Notes: generated by a model from the sequence alone, not told the origin. Positions 9,818 through 18,044 are shown, numbered from the stretch's first letter. The stretch: 64,000 nucleotides of DNA from Hyphomicrobiaceae bacterium (GCA_002919265.1 PKEY01000074.1:2943-66942), one strand, 5' to 3'. Made by a program: numbers and translations.

Positions 9818-11653
9818 ATGGGAACGGTCGCACAGGGCTGGGAAACCGATTCCCCCCATGCTGGGCGCATTCCGAGACAAGCCGGTGCGCGGTTCGGTCC
9901 ATTCTTCGTCAGATATGAAGCGTGGGTTGAGCGTGCTCTGGAGTGGGCCACGAAAAGCCCATTTCGCGCAACTTTCCTTCTGATCGTCCTTTGTCTCGCT
10001 TTGTTCAGCCCGGGAGTTTTCTCGCGGCCGCCGGTCGATCGCACGGAAGTGCGCTACGCGATAACAGCCCAGACCATGATCGAGACGGGCGACTGGTTTG
10101 TGGTTCGCGAAGGCACGCGACCCAAATTCGAGCGTCCGGTCGGCATCGTCTGGCTGCAGAGTTTGTCGGCGAAACTTTTCGGGCCTCCTGGTCTGGATGC
10201 CATTTGGGCCTACCGCATTCCGTCGCTCCTCGGAGCAATTTTGTCGGTGGTTTTCCTCTACCTTGGGAGTAGGGCTCTCGTAGGCGAAACCACGGCCTTT
10301 TTTGCATCCGTACTTCTGGCGCACTCCATATTCCTGGCAGTGGAGGCCCGGCTGGCGCTGCCGCAATCTGTGGCGCTGGCCGCGTCCGTCCTTGCACAGA
10401 CGAGCCTCGCACGCCTCTATGTGCTGCGAGAAGCACTCACGAACGCTCAGCGCCGCCGAACCGGGCTCTTGTTCTGGGGGGCAATTGGCGTTGGCGTTCT
10501 CGTCAACTCCTTGATCGTCCCTGTTGTAGCTGTCCTCACGCTTGCCGCGCTCTATGCCAAGGACCGAAATCTGTGCCTGCTGAAGGGGGCGAGCAATGTC
10601 CTTGGGCCGCTTCTGGCATTGGTGCTCGCAGCGCCGTGGGTCGCTTCAGTCGTGCTCACATCCGCTGAGGTTTCTTCGGATCGATATTCGACGCTGCGCT
10701 GGATCTCCCTGCTGATCGACTCGCAGGTGATGCATCACAAAGCCTTCTGGGGCAGCTTTTTGCTGATGGCGTGGCTCGGCATATTGCCCGCGATTTTGCT
10801 TACATTCCCCACTGCCCAGCTGATCTGGCGCGAAAGGCGCGTCCCGCTCGTCGCCTTTCTCATTGCCTGGGCCGTCCCGTATCTCGTGCTTTTCGAGCTC
10901 CTTTCGGACAAGCCGCCGCTCTACATGCTCCAGTATATCGCGCCGGCCATCGCGTTGGCGTTCGCGCTGCTTGTGACCAGGAACCCTGTCACCGGCGATC
11001 CGCCCAACATTCCGCTACCGGGGTGGACTCGCGTCGCTTGGATGTTGCTGGCGGCCTGCATGGCCCTCATTCCGATCGGCTTGCACCTCTGGGTCGGTCA
11101 GCCGGTTGGCTTCCTGATGGTGGCGGCGTCCGCGGCGATCCTCTTGCTCTTTGCAGCGACGATTTGGGCCTGGCCGCATTGCCGGCCGCTCACGTCAACT
11201 ACGTTCTCGCTGGCGGGATGCGCTGTCGCGTACTGGCTGGTGATGGCCATGCTGATGCCCGCCGAGTCGATGGTTTGGCCGAGCGTGCGGCTGGAAGAGG
11301 TAAGGGACGCCTTGCAGCCCTGCTTCCCGCAACCCGTCGCTATCGCAGGTTATTCCGAGCCGAGCGCCACGTTTCTGATGGGAGCCGACATCGTGACCGG
11401 CCGGCCTGCCGTTGTGGCGCAGCACCTCCGGGAAAATCCCCGGTCATTGGCGTTCATCACGCATGATGTCTTGCCGGATTTCGAAAAGGAATTCGAAGGG
11501 AGCAACGCCGCGCCAGCACGGGTTGCCTGCGTGCGCGGATGGAATACCTTCACGTCAAAAGGGGGCCAGTTCTCGGTATTTGCAATGGAGCCGGTCCCTG
11601 CCGAACCGACTTGTGTTGTCCCCGCTCGCTACCGGTGTGCGGCCGAAGACTAG
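9818..11653 (+). CDS. Glycosyltransferase family 39 (ArnT/PMT-like) polytopic membrane protein
   Basis: More than 10 hydrophobic segments. N-terminal loop DRTEVRYAITAQTMIETGDWFVVREGTRPKFERPVGIVWLQ resembles the ArnT/PMT_2 catalytic loop. The true start may be downstream of 9818. Confidence 0.7.
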   Translation: MGTVAQGWETDSPHAGRIPRQAGARFGPFFVRYEAWVERALEWATKSPFRATFLLIVLCLALFSPGVFSRPPVDRTEVRYAITAQTMIETGDWFVVREGTRPKFERPVGIVWLQSLSAKLFGPPGLDAIWAYRIPSLLGAILSVVFLYLGSRALVGETTAFFASVLLAHSIFLAVEARLALPQSVALAASVLAQTSLARLYVLREALTNAQRRRTGLLFWGAIGVGVLVNSLIVPVVAVLTLAALYAKDRNLCLLKGASNVLGPLLALVLAAPWVASVVLTSAEVSSDRYSTLRWISLLIDSQVMHHKAFWGSFLLMAWLGILPAILLTFPTAQLIWRERRVPLVAFLIAWAVPYLVLFELLSDKPPLYMLQYIAPAIALAFALLVTRNPVTGDPPNIPLPGWTRVAWMLLAACMALIPIGLHLWVGQPVGFLMVAASAAILLLFAATIWAWPHCRPLTSTTFSLAGCAVAYWLVMAMLMPAESMVWPSVRLEEVRDALQPCFPQPVAIAGYSEPSATFLMGADIVTGRPAVVAQHLRENPRSLAFITHDVLPDFEKEFEGSNAAPARVACVRGWNTFTSKGGQFSVFAMEPVPAEPTCVVPARYRCAAED

Positions 11654-11687
11654 TGTTTTGTCGGAAGGCGGGTGCCCGCAGTGAACG

Positions 11688-12353
11688 TCACTGCGGGGCG
11701 CCAAGCACGAGCGTCCAGAACGTCTTGAATTCCGTCTTCGGATCCTGGACCAGGGCAATGCCCATATGCCGGGCATCAGCCATGAGGAGGTTCTTGTTGT
11801 GGCTCGGGCTTGCCTTCCAGCCCTGCAAAACTTCCTCGAAGGTGGCCTGGCCCGTGCCCACGTTTTCGGCCGCGAGGCGCGGATTGTAGCCGGCGCGCTT
11901 CACGCGATCCAACGGATTGGAGCCGTCCGAACCATAGTGAGAGATACGATCAAACCGCGCGAGGTCGCGCGAGTGGGCTTTCGCGGCGGCTGTCAGCTCG
12001 GGGCTCAGCTGCAGCGGCTTGAGCCCGTGCTTTTTCCGGTACTCGTTGATCAGCTTGCGCGCATGCTCGACGTCGAGCGTCGTTTGCGAGTAATCGCGGC
12101 CGTCGAGAGCGCCCGGTTTTGGCTTCGCGTAGGAATTGCCGGGAGCGTTGTCCTGCAAAGCGGCGACGCGCTGGCCCTGTTTGTCCGATGTCCCTCGCGA
12201 TGATCCGCTCCCGCCGAAAATGCCGAGAGACGGCGTCTCCAATGAGGAGGCATTCGAGCCAGAGTCACCGAACCCAAACGAGAGAGGCACGGTGCCCAAG
12301 CTGCAGCCTGGCAGCAGCAGAGCAAAGACAATCGGAACAACCACGCGATACAT
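11688..12353 (-). CDS. CAP/SCP (YkwD-like) domain lipoprotein
   Basis: Lipobox LLPGC after the signal peptide. CAP-domain stretch INEYRKKHGLKPLQLSPELTAAAKAHSRDLA ... WKASPSHNKNLL. Confidence 0.8.
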   Translation of the reverse strand: MYRVVVPIVFALLLPGCSLGTVPLSFGFGDSGSNASSLETPSLGIFGGSGSSRGTSDKQGQRVAALQDNAPGNSYAKPKPGALDGRDYSQTTLDVEHARKLINEYRKKHGLKPLQLSPELTAAAKAHSRDLARFDRISHYGSDGSNPLDRVKRAGYNPRLAAENVGTGQATFEEVLQGWKASPSHNKNLLMADARHMGIALVQDPKTEFKTFWTLVLGAPQ

Positions 12354-12750
12354 TCGGATACTCCCGCTCCGAAGCGGACCGCTTCAGGATCTTCGAATCC
12401 GGTTAAGGCAACGTTAAGGCTAACGGCTTGTTAAGATTATCGTGATCGGGCGATTCGCTGGCGCACGCCCGGCCTGCCGCCAGCCAAGTGCAATTGGCAT
12501 CAGGAGATTGTCGGGAGTGGGGCAGCGACACGGCCGGTTGGTGGCGGAGCGCAACCGGAACACATTCCGGGCACCGCCTAATCCCCACAGCGGCCGTTTT
12601 CCACTTGGCACCAGCCTGCCGATCCTGAAAATCGAAAAAGTCCTTTGTGATTCGCGCGTCTGGCACTTGGCAGGCTCTGTTGCCGAGTGGAAAGGTGACA
12701 GTGCGACTTCGCCAGTTGAAGTCTTCAATCCGGCCGGGAGGTCGAGAAGG

Positions 12751-13914
12751 ATGAGCACAGCCGTCTTGGAAGCCCCGCGGGCCGACGCCGTCAATCCGGC
12801 ATTGGGGCTCCTGGTGTTGGCGCGTGCTGCGGCCGAGCACGGTGCAACGCAAAGCGAGATCGTCCGTGATCTGGCGCCGTATGTGGGGCACAAGCTGGCG
12901 CCGGCAGCCTGGCGGGATGCAGCTGCGAAGGCGGTTGCCTCTTTCGCCGCGCAAGGGCTGGCCAGCGTGGTGCGCAATCGCGTGGAGCTTACGGACGCAG
13001 GGCGCGACGTCGTGCAGAAGGAGCTTGGCGGCAGGCAGTTGCCTCGGGCCTGGGGGGAAATCCGCGACGTCCGGCTAATCGCTCGTGCCTTGGGCATGGA
13101 GGGCGAAGCGCTCGCGCGCCTCAAGCGTCTGGCGAAGCCGGATGGTTTGCGTGCCGCCATCCTGCAGCGAGCCTTTGGGCTGAAGATCCGGGGGGCAGCG
13201 AGCGCCGCAAGACTGCGGCAGGCGCTGGCCGTCGTTGCTCTCGAGAGGGCCTTCGGGAATACGCTCAAAGGCTCTGTGGGAACGAGAACCGGACTTTCTG
13301 CGAAGGCGGGACGGCTGCTGGCGGGTCAGCTTTCTCGCAAGCCGCGCGATTTCGGTACGGATAGCCGGCTGGTGGCAGCTCTTGCGGCAGAGCAGGTCGG
13401 CGCCTTCCAGACAGATGCCGATGCGCTGCGCACGGCCATTCTTCGCAACTTCGTCGCGCAATCGTTCGGAACTGTCTCTGAGCCAGTTTCTCGATCGGAA
13501 CTTGAAGCGCGGAGAGAAGCTCAGCGATCGGATGATCGTCAACCCGTCGAGGAGCGGGGCACGGTGGTTGCGATGCCGGGCGCTCAACGTCCGCGTCCCC
13601 TCGCAGCGAACCGTCCGAGCCTTGAAGGTTTTGCGGAAACCGTGCGAAAAGCAGCCAGCTCCTGCGCTGAAGGGTGGCCCGGCAACCGTAAGGCGTTCAT
13701 TTCGCATGTTTGGGACATCATTCGGGAGCAGCATCCCGAGTGGGGAATCACCGATATTGAGTTCAAGGCCATGTTGGCCGAAGCGCATCGCACGGGCCAC
13801 GTCGTCCTCGCCGGTGCGGATCTCAAGGACAAGAAGAACCTGAAGGCGCTGCAAGACTCTGCGGTGGCCTACAAGAATGCTGTTCTGCACTTCGTTCGTG
13901 TCGACAACGAGTGA
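12751..13914 (+). CDS. Hypothetical Ala/Arg/Leu-rich soluble protein (387 aa), the 5' partner of the twin-ATPase gene
   Basis: ATG at 12751 is preceded by GGGAGG-N-GAGAAGG. It is co-directional with the next gene across a 133-nt spacer. I recognise no catalytic motif. The track start at 12442 adds 103 unlikely residues. Confidence 0.6.
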   Translation: MSTAVLEAPRADAVNPALGLLVLARAAAEHGATQSEIVRDLAPYVGHKLAPAAWRDAAAKAVASFAAQGLASVVRNRVELTDAGRDVVQKELGGRQLPRAWGEIRDVRLIARALGMEGEALARLKRLAKPDGLRAAILQRAFGLKIRGAASAARLRQALAVVALERAFGNTLKGSVGTRTGLSAKAGRLLAGQLSRKPRDFGTDSRLVAALAAEQVGAFQTDADALRTAILRNFVAQSFGTVSEPVSRSELEARREAQRSDDRQPVEERGTVVAMPGAQRPRPLAANRPSLEGFAETVRKAASSCAEGWPGNRKAFISHVWDIIREQHPEWGITDIEFKAMLAEAHRTGHVVLAGADLKDKKNLKALQDSAVAYKNAVLHFVRVDNE

Positions 13915-14047
13915 CGTGCGGCTTCGGATCGTACGTTTTGCTAACGGCCGCAAGAGCCGTCGCGGGAGTGGCGTTGGCCGGGAATCGGCCGAGAGCCGCA
14001 CTGCGGAGTAGATACGTAGATCTGTCGCGTTTTGGGGGTTTGGGATA

Positions 14048-17000
14048 ATGCAACCGACCGCGCAAACCGCGCTTTCCGTCGACAGTCTTTCCGCGGCGTT
14101 CGAGCATTCGATCACGTGGGAGGACGATATTTGGCGTGCCGATCCTGTCGACGTGGAGCAGGTGCATGCGAAGGCGCGTCGCAAATTCTACGATCTCCTC
14201 GATGCCGTCACGTCGGGGCGCGGCTCGGGCACGCAGGCACGGATTTTGCTGTTTCACGGCCAGTCCGGTGCCGGCAAGACCCATCTCATCCGTGCGCTGA
14301 GGACAGGCTCGCATCGTCAGGGCAAGGCCTACTTCGGCTACGCCCAGATGACGCCGGACGTCTCAAACTACGCCGACTACTATCTACGGCGGATTATTGC
14401 GTCGCTCGAAAAACCTTACGATCCGGACAATGGCGGCGAGAGCGCCCTGACGCGGCTGACGAACCGGCTCGTCTCGATGGCCGACGTGCTGCCGGAAGAG
14501 GACCTGAAGGAGCTGCGCGAGGCCAATCTGGATGAAAGGGCGCTTGCCCAGCTCATCCTGAGGCTGGCTGATGAGATCATTGCGAGCCCGGCCTTTGCGG
14601 ACCAGGACCTCGACGTCAACGTGGTGCGGGCGCTGCTCTATCTGCAGCGTTGCGATCCGCGTATTGACCAGCGCGTTCGGCAATACCTGCAGGGACGTCA
14701 GCTCAACGAACTCTCTCACGCGGCAGTTGCAGCGCTCGACCCGAACAGCGGAGACGGTCGTGCCTTCGAGATCATCGAGGCGATTGGCAAGCTGATCTGG
14801 ACGGTGGAGCGCGCCGCGCTCGTTTTCTGCATCGACCAGGTTGAAGACCTGCGCTTCTTCGAGGACGCGGAAGACCGCTTCCAGAAGGCCGTCCGTGATC
14901 TCATCCAAATCGCCAATCGCGTACCAACGGCGATCATCATCATCTCGTGTCTGGAAGATTTTTACGGGCAGGTTCGCGGCGTTCTTGCCCAATCCTATAT
15001 CGACCGCATCGAGAAAGCTGGCCCTGTGGCCTTGCTCGAAACGCGCACGCCGGAAGAGGCGCGGCTCATCATCGCCAAGCGCCTCGAGCATGAGGCCTCG
15101 CTCAGGAACGGCGGCCCCACCTTCCCTGATCCTACAGCGTTCTTCGGCCCGCAGTTCTTCGAGGAGTTTGGCGGGCTTTCGACAAGGCGATTGTTGGAGC
15201 ACGCTCAGAATAGGCTGCGCGCCCAGCAGACCAATACGATGGAGGACGAGCCGGAGGTTGAAAGCCCACCGGAGAAAGCCGGCTTCATCTCAACGCTTGC
15301 GGCAGCGCTCGGCTTTGCACCCAACAACGACGAGCCGGCGGCGTCCGAAATTCCTCCGGGCATCGACTATCGCGATCTCTGGCAACGGTTTTCGCAGGCG
15401 TCCGAGGCGGAAATGCCCTCGAATGACTCCGAGCTCATGGACGTGCTCATAGCTGCCTTGGGGCTCGCGCGCGAGGAATGGGGTGAGCAGATCAAATTCC
15501 GGGTCAAGCGCCTCGAAATCGCGGACGATGTGCCTGCCTTCGACCTTTTCGTCACGCACGTTCGCGGCGGGGGTGAGCTGACGTTCGAGTCGCGGGTCTT
15601 CCTCTGCAACAGGCCGACCCAGGGCGGCGGGCTCAAGCGTCAGCTCGAGAAGGTGCTGATGAACATGGGCGGGCGCGCATCGTTCATGCTGCGCGCCAGC
15701 GATTTCCCGCCGAACCGGAAGAACCAGACGGCGCAGGCGTTTCGCAAATTCCGGGACAACGGGGGGCGCTCCCTGCTGGTGCCGATCCCGGATTGGGAGC
15801 GCATGATGATGGTGCGCGAGTTCCACGCCCATCACCGCTACGATCCAGGATTTGATCGTTGGTTCGAGCAGGCAAAGCTGCTCTCGGGCATGATCCCCAT
15901 TGTGCAACTCTTGCGGCTCGACCTTTTGGGGCCGCCTTCGGGCGTCAACGTCATTCCCGTTGGCAGCGGAATGATTCGGCCACGGACGCAACCGACAGAA
16001 ATGTTTCGTGGCCAAACGGACGCGGCTGCATCCTCACACTCATCCGTGCCGGAAGTTCAGCCCTCGGAAGAGCGCGAAACAGCTGGCTCTGCGGCGCAGG
16101 CTGATCCTGTTCCAGTCGATCCGCCAATCGTCGAAAAGCCGTCGCGCTGGGCGTGGGCGGACTGGATCGGTTGGGGCTCGTCCTCTCGCACGGAGCCACT
16201 GCCCGCCAACGACGATCCGCTGCCGATGTCCGTCCTTCTGGACGAGGGCGGCGATGATGAGGACAGCATCCTGGCCGGGCGGGAAAACGGCACGAACCGT
16301 CTGGTCAGACTTAATCGCGATGTGCTGAAGCGCCACGCGGCGGTGCTCGGCGGCTCAGGATCGGGTAAGACGACGCTGGCCCTCAGCATTATCGAGCAGC
16401 TGCTGTTGCGCGGCATCCCGGCGGTGCTGATCGACCGCAAGGGCGATCTCTGCAGCTACGCCAACCCGGAGGTCTGGCGCGCCCACGAACACGAGTTCGA
16501 CGAGCGCCGTGCCGCCGAACGCCGGCGGCTTGCCGAAGCAATCGACGTCGCGGTGTACACGCCGGGACGCGCGTCTGGCCGTCCGATCTCGATCACGCTT
16601 CTGCCGAACGGCATCAGCGAGCTGCCGGAGCATGAGCAGCAACTGCTCGCCAATCTCTCGGCGGCTGCGCTGGGCGACATGCTGCACCTCAAGAATTCGG
16701 CGACACACCAGAAGCAGTCCGGCACGCTATCAGTGGCGCTCAAGATCCTTGGCAGCCGTTCGCGCACGGAAGTCACGCTCAACGACCTGATCTATCTGCT
16801 GGAGAACGAGGATCCGGAGCTGACCGACCTGACGCAGCGGATGGACCCCTCCGGCAAGATCCGGCGGGATCTGGTCGCACAGCTCGACAGCTTGCGGCAC
16901 CGCAATTCAGCCTTGTTTGACGCTGGCGGCGAAAGCCTCCGCATGGAGGCGTTGCTCGGCATCGGGCCCTATGCCCAGCCCGGTCGCACGCGCCTCTCGA

Positions 17001-17551
17001 TCATCTACACGGGCTTCTTGGGCGACAACGAGAACATTCTCTTCTGGGTCGCGCAATTCCTGTCGGAGGCTTTGCGGTTCTGCCAGCGAAACCCGAATGA
17101 CGAGCTTCAAGCCGTCGTCATGTTCGACGAGGCGGACCTTTACATCCCGGCCAATTCCAAGCCGGCAACCGCCGAGCCGCTGCAGAGTTTGCTGAAGCGC
17201 GCCCGTTCGGCCGGCCTGGGCCTGATGCTCGCGACGCAATCGCCGGGTGACCTCGATTACAAGAGCCGTGATCAGATCACGTCGTGGTTCATTGGCCGCG
17301 TGCGCGAGGATACGGCGCTGCGCAAACTCAAGGCTGCCTTCCAGAGCGAGAGTGGTCTGGATCCTGCCGCCGTGCTGCCCGGCCAGACGGTCGGTGAGTT
17401 CCATCTGGTGCAGGAGGGGTTGGTCCGGTCCATCAAGGCGCAGCGCTCGCTCATCAGCGCCGAGCAGGTGCCGTTCGATCGGATCGAGCAGTTGGCCCGC
17501 GAGACGAAGGGGCAGGAGACGAAGCAGCTGCCGCTCTTTGGCTTGCGGTAG
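14048..17551 (+). CDS. 1167-aa twin P-loop NTPase: an N-terminal AAA/ORC-STAND-like module fused to a C-terminal HerA/FtsK-class ATPase module
   Basis: Module 1: Walker A GQSGAGKT (14258..14281) with LVFCIDQVED as Walker B candidate. Module 2: Walker A GGSGSGKT (16349..16372) behind a HerA-type lead-in VRLNRDVLKRHAAVLGG, Walker B VVMFDEAD (17114..17137), and LMLATQSPGDLD. A Pro/Ser/Glu/Asp-rich linker spans about aa 645-740. Confidence 0.8.
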   Translation: MQPTAQTALSVDSLSAAFEHSITWEDDIWRADPVDVEQVHAKARRKFYDLLDAVTSGRGSGTQARILLFHGQSGAGKTHLIRALRTGSHRQGKAYFGYAQMTPDVSNYADYYLRRIIASLEKPYDPDNGGESALTRLTNRLVSMADVLPEEDLKELREANLDERALAQLILRLADEIIASPAFADQDLDVNVVRALLYLQRCDPRIDQRVRQYLQGRQLNELSHAAVAALDPNSGDGRAFEIIEAIGKLIWTVERAALVFCIDQVEDLRFFEDAEDRFQKAVRDLIQIANRVPTAIIIISCLEDFYGQVRGVLAQSYIDRIEKAGPVALLETRTPEEARLIIAKRLEHEASLRNGGPTFPDPTAFFGPQFFEEFGGLSTRRLLEHAQNRLRAQQTNTMEDEPEVESPPEKAGFISTLAAALGFAPNNDEPAASEIPPGIDYRDLWQRFSQASEAEMPSNDSELMDVLIAALGLAREEWGEQIKFRVKRLEIADDVPAFDLFVTHVRGGGELTFESRVFLCNRPTQGGGLKRQLEKVLMNMGGRASFMLRASDFPPNRKNQTAQAFRKFRDNGGRSLLVPIPDWERMMMVREFHAHHRYDPGFDRWFEQAKLLSGMIPIVQLLRLDLLGPPSGVNVIPVGSGMIRPRTQPTEMFRGQTDAAASSHSSVPEVQPSEERETAGSAAQADPVPVDPPIVEKPSRWAWADWIGWGSSSRTEPLPANDDPLPMSVLLDEGGDDEDSILAGRENGTNRLVRLNRDVLKRHAAVLGGSGSGKTTLALSIIEQLLLRGIPAVLIDRKGDLCSYANPEVWRAHEHEFDERRAAERRRLAEAIDVAVYTPGRASGRPISITLLPNGISELPEHEQQLLANLSAAALGDMLHLKNSATHQKQSGTLSVALKILGSRSRTEVTLNDLIYLLENEDPELTDLTQRMDPSGKIRRDLVAQLDSLRHRNSALFDAGGESLRMEALLGIGPYAQPGRTRLSIIYTGFLGDNENILFWVAQFLSEALRFCQRNPNDELQAVVMFDEADLYIPANSKPATAEPLQSLLKRARSAGLGLMLATQSPGDLDYKSRDQITSWFIGRVREDTALRKLKAAFQSESGLDPAAVLPGQTVGEFHLVQEGLVRSIKAQRSLISAEQVPFDRIEQLARETKGQETKQLPLFGLR

Positions 17552-17593
17552 CTGCGCTCGTCCTGAGCCCCTAAAATCCGGGTGCTGATGTTT

Positions 17594-17619
17594 GCGTTGT
17601 GGTGGGCGCGCCACAGCGC
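17594..17619 (+). terminator. Stem-loop 43 nt after the twin-ATPase stop (no U-tract)
   Basis: GCGTTGTGG / CCACAGCGC form 9 bp including one G-U pair, with an 8-nt loop. It is followed by AAATTCG, so it is not a canonical intrinsic terminator. Confidence 0.3.
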
Positions 17620-17951
17620 AAATTCGTCGCACCACGAGACCTTGCTTGCGCGACGCGGTCCCTAATTCGGCGTGTGTCAGGACATGCCGAATGCAAACGA
17701 TTTTTTAAGTGTCCGGAATTTATTATGAATCCACGCCTTCTCCCGTGGAGATTGCGAGTGGACGCGCGTTTGCAGGGAATTGCGTTTCCTCCCTGATGGC
17801 GAATGCAATTTTTAGCTGCAGCGCCTCTTTTTTAGATGTATTCTGAAACCTGCCGTTCCGGAAAGGGGGCCGGTGCGGCCAGTGGCCAGTGGTACACAGC
17901 TCGGTGCCAGGGGGAGTCGGGTATCGAGCGGCGTTTGTGCGGGGTAGTGTC

Positions 17952-18044
17952 ATGACGGCTAAGCCGTTGATTGTGATGTTGCTTGCCACGTTGCTCGGTC
18001 CGGCGATCGGCGTGGGGCTGTTCTTCTTGATGCATACTCTCTAA
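17952..18044 (+). CDS. Possible 30-codon hydrophobic small ORF (MTAKPLIVMLLATLLGPAIGVGLFFLMHTL)
   Basis: Read by eye; it falls below the ORF-track size cutoff. It has a single TM-like segment and a weak RBS (GGGGTAG). It lies in a 630-nt gap upstream of moeA. Confidence 0.2.
   Translation: MTAKPLIVMLLATLLGPAIGVGLFFLMHTL

Noticed and set aside
12378-12400. tRNA T-loop-like string (TTCGAATCC)
   Set aside because: The flanking sequence cannot form T-arm, acceptor or anticodon stems. It is an isolated match only.
12442-12750. Extended N-terminus (103 aa) of the partner protein, as given by the ORF track
   Set aside because: The extension is Arg/Gly/Pro-rich and has no RBS. It runs through the putative promoter region. 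The ATG at 12751 has a strong GGGAGG/GAGAAGG RBS.
12403-13268. 183-aa and 282-aa minus-strand ORFs (12403..12954 and 12420..13268)
   Set aside because: They overlap the 5' half of the 387-aa plus-strand gene and the control region. They are Arg/Ser/Ala/Pro-rich shadow frames with no RBS logic.
13075-14184. 369-aa minus-strand ORF spanning the spacer between the two genes of the candidate module
   Set aside because: It is antisense to both better-supported plus-strand genes. The composition is Arg/Ser-rich with no motif.
15950-16300. The possibility that the 1167-aa ORF is two genes fused by an error in the linker region
   Set aside because: The frame is continuous, with no stop and no internal RBS-plus-start arrangement before the second P-loop domain. 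This cannot be fully excluded without read data, and it is flagged in the findings.
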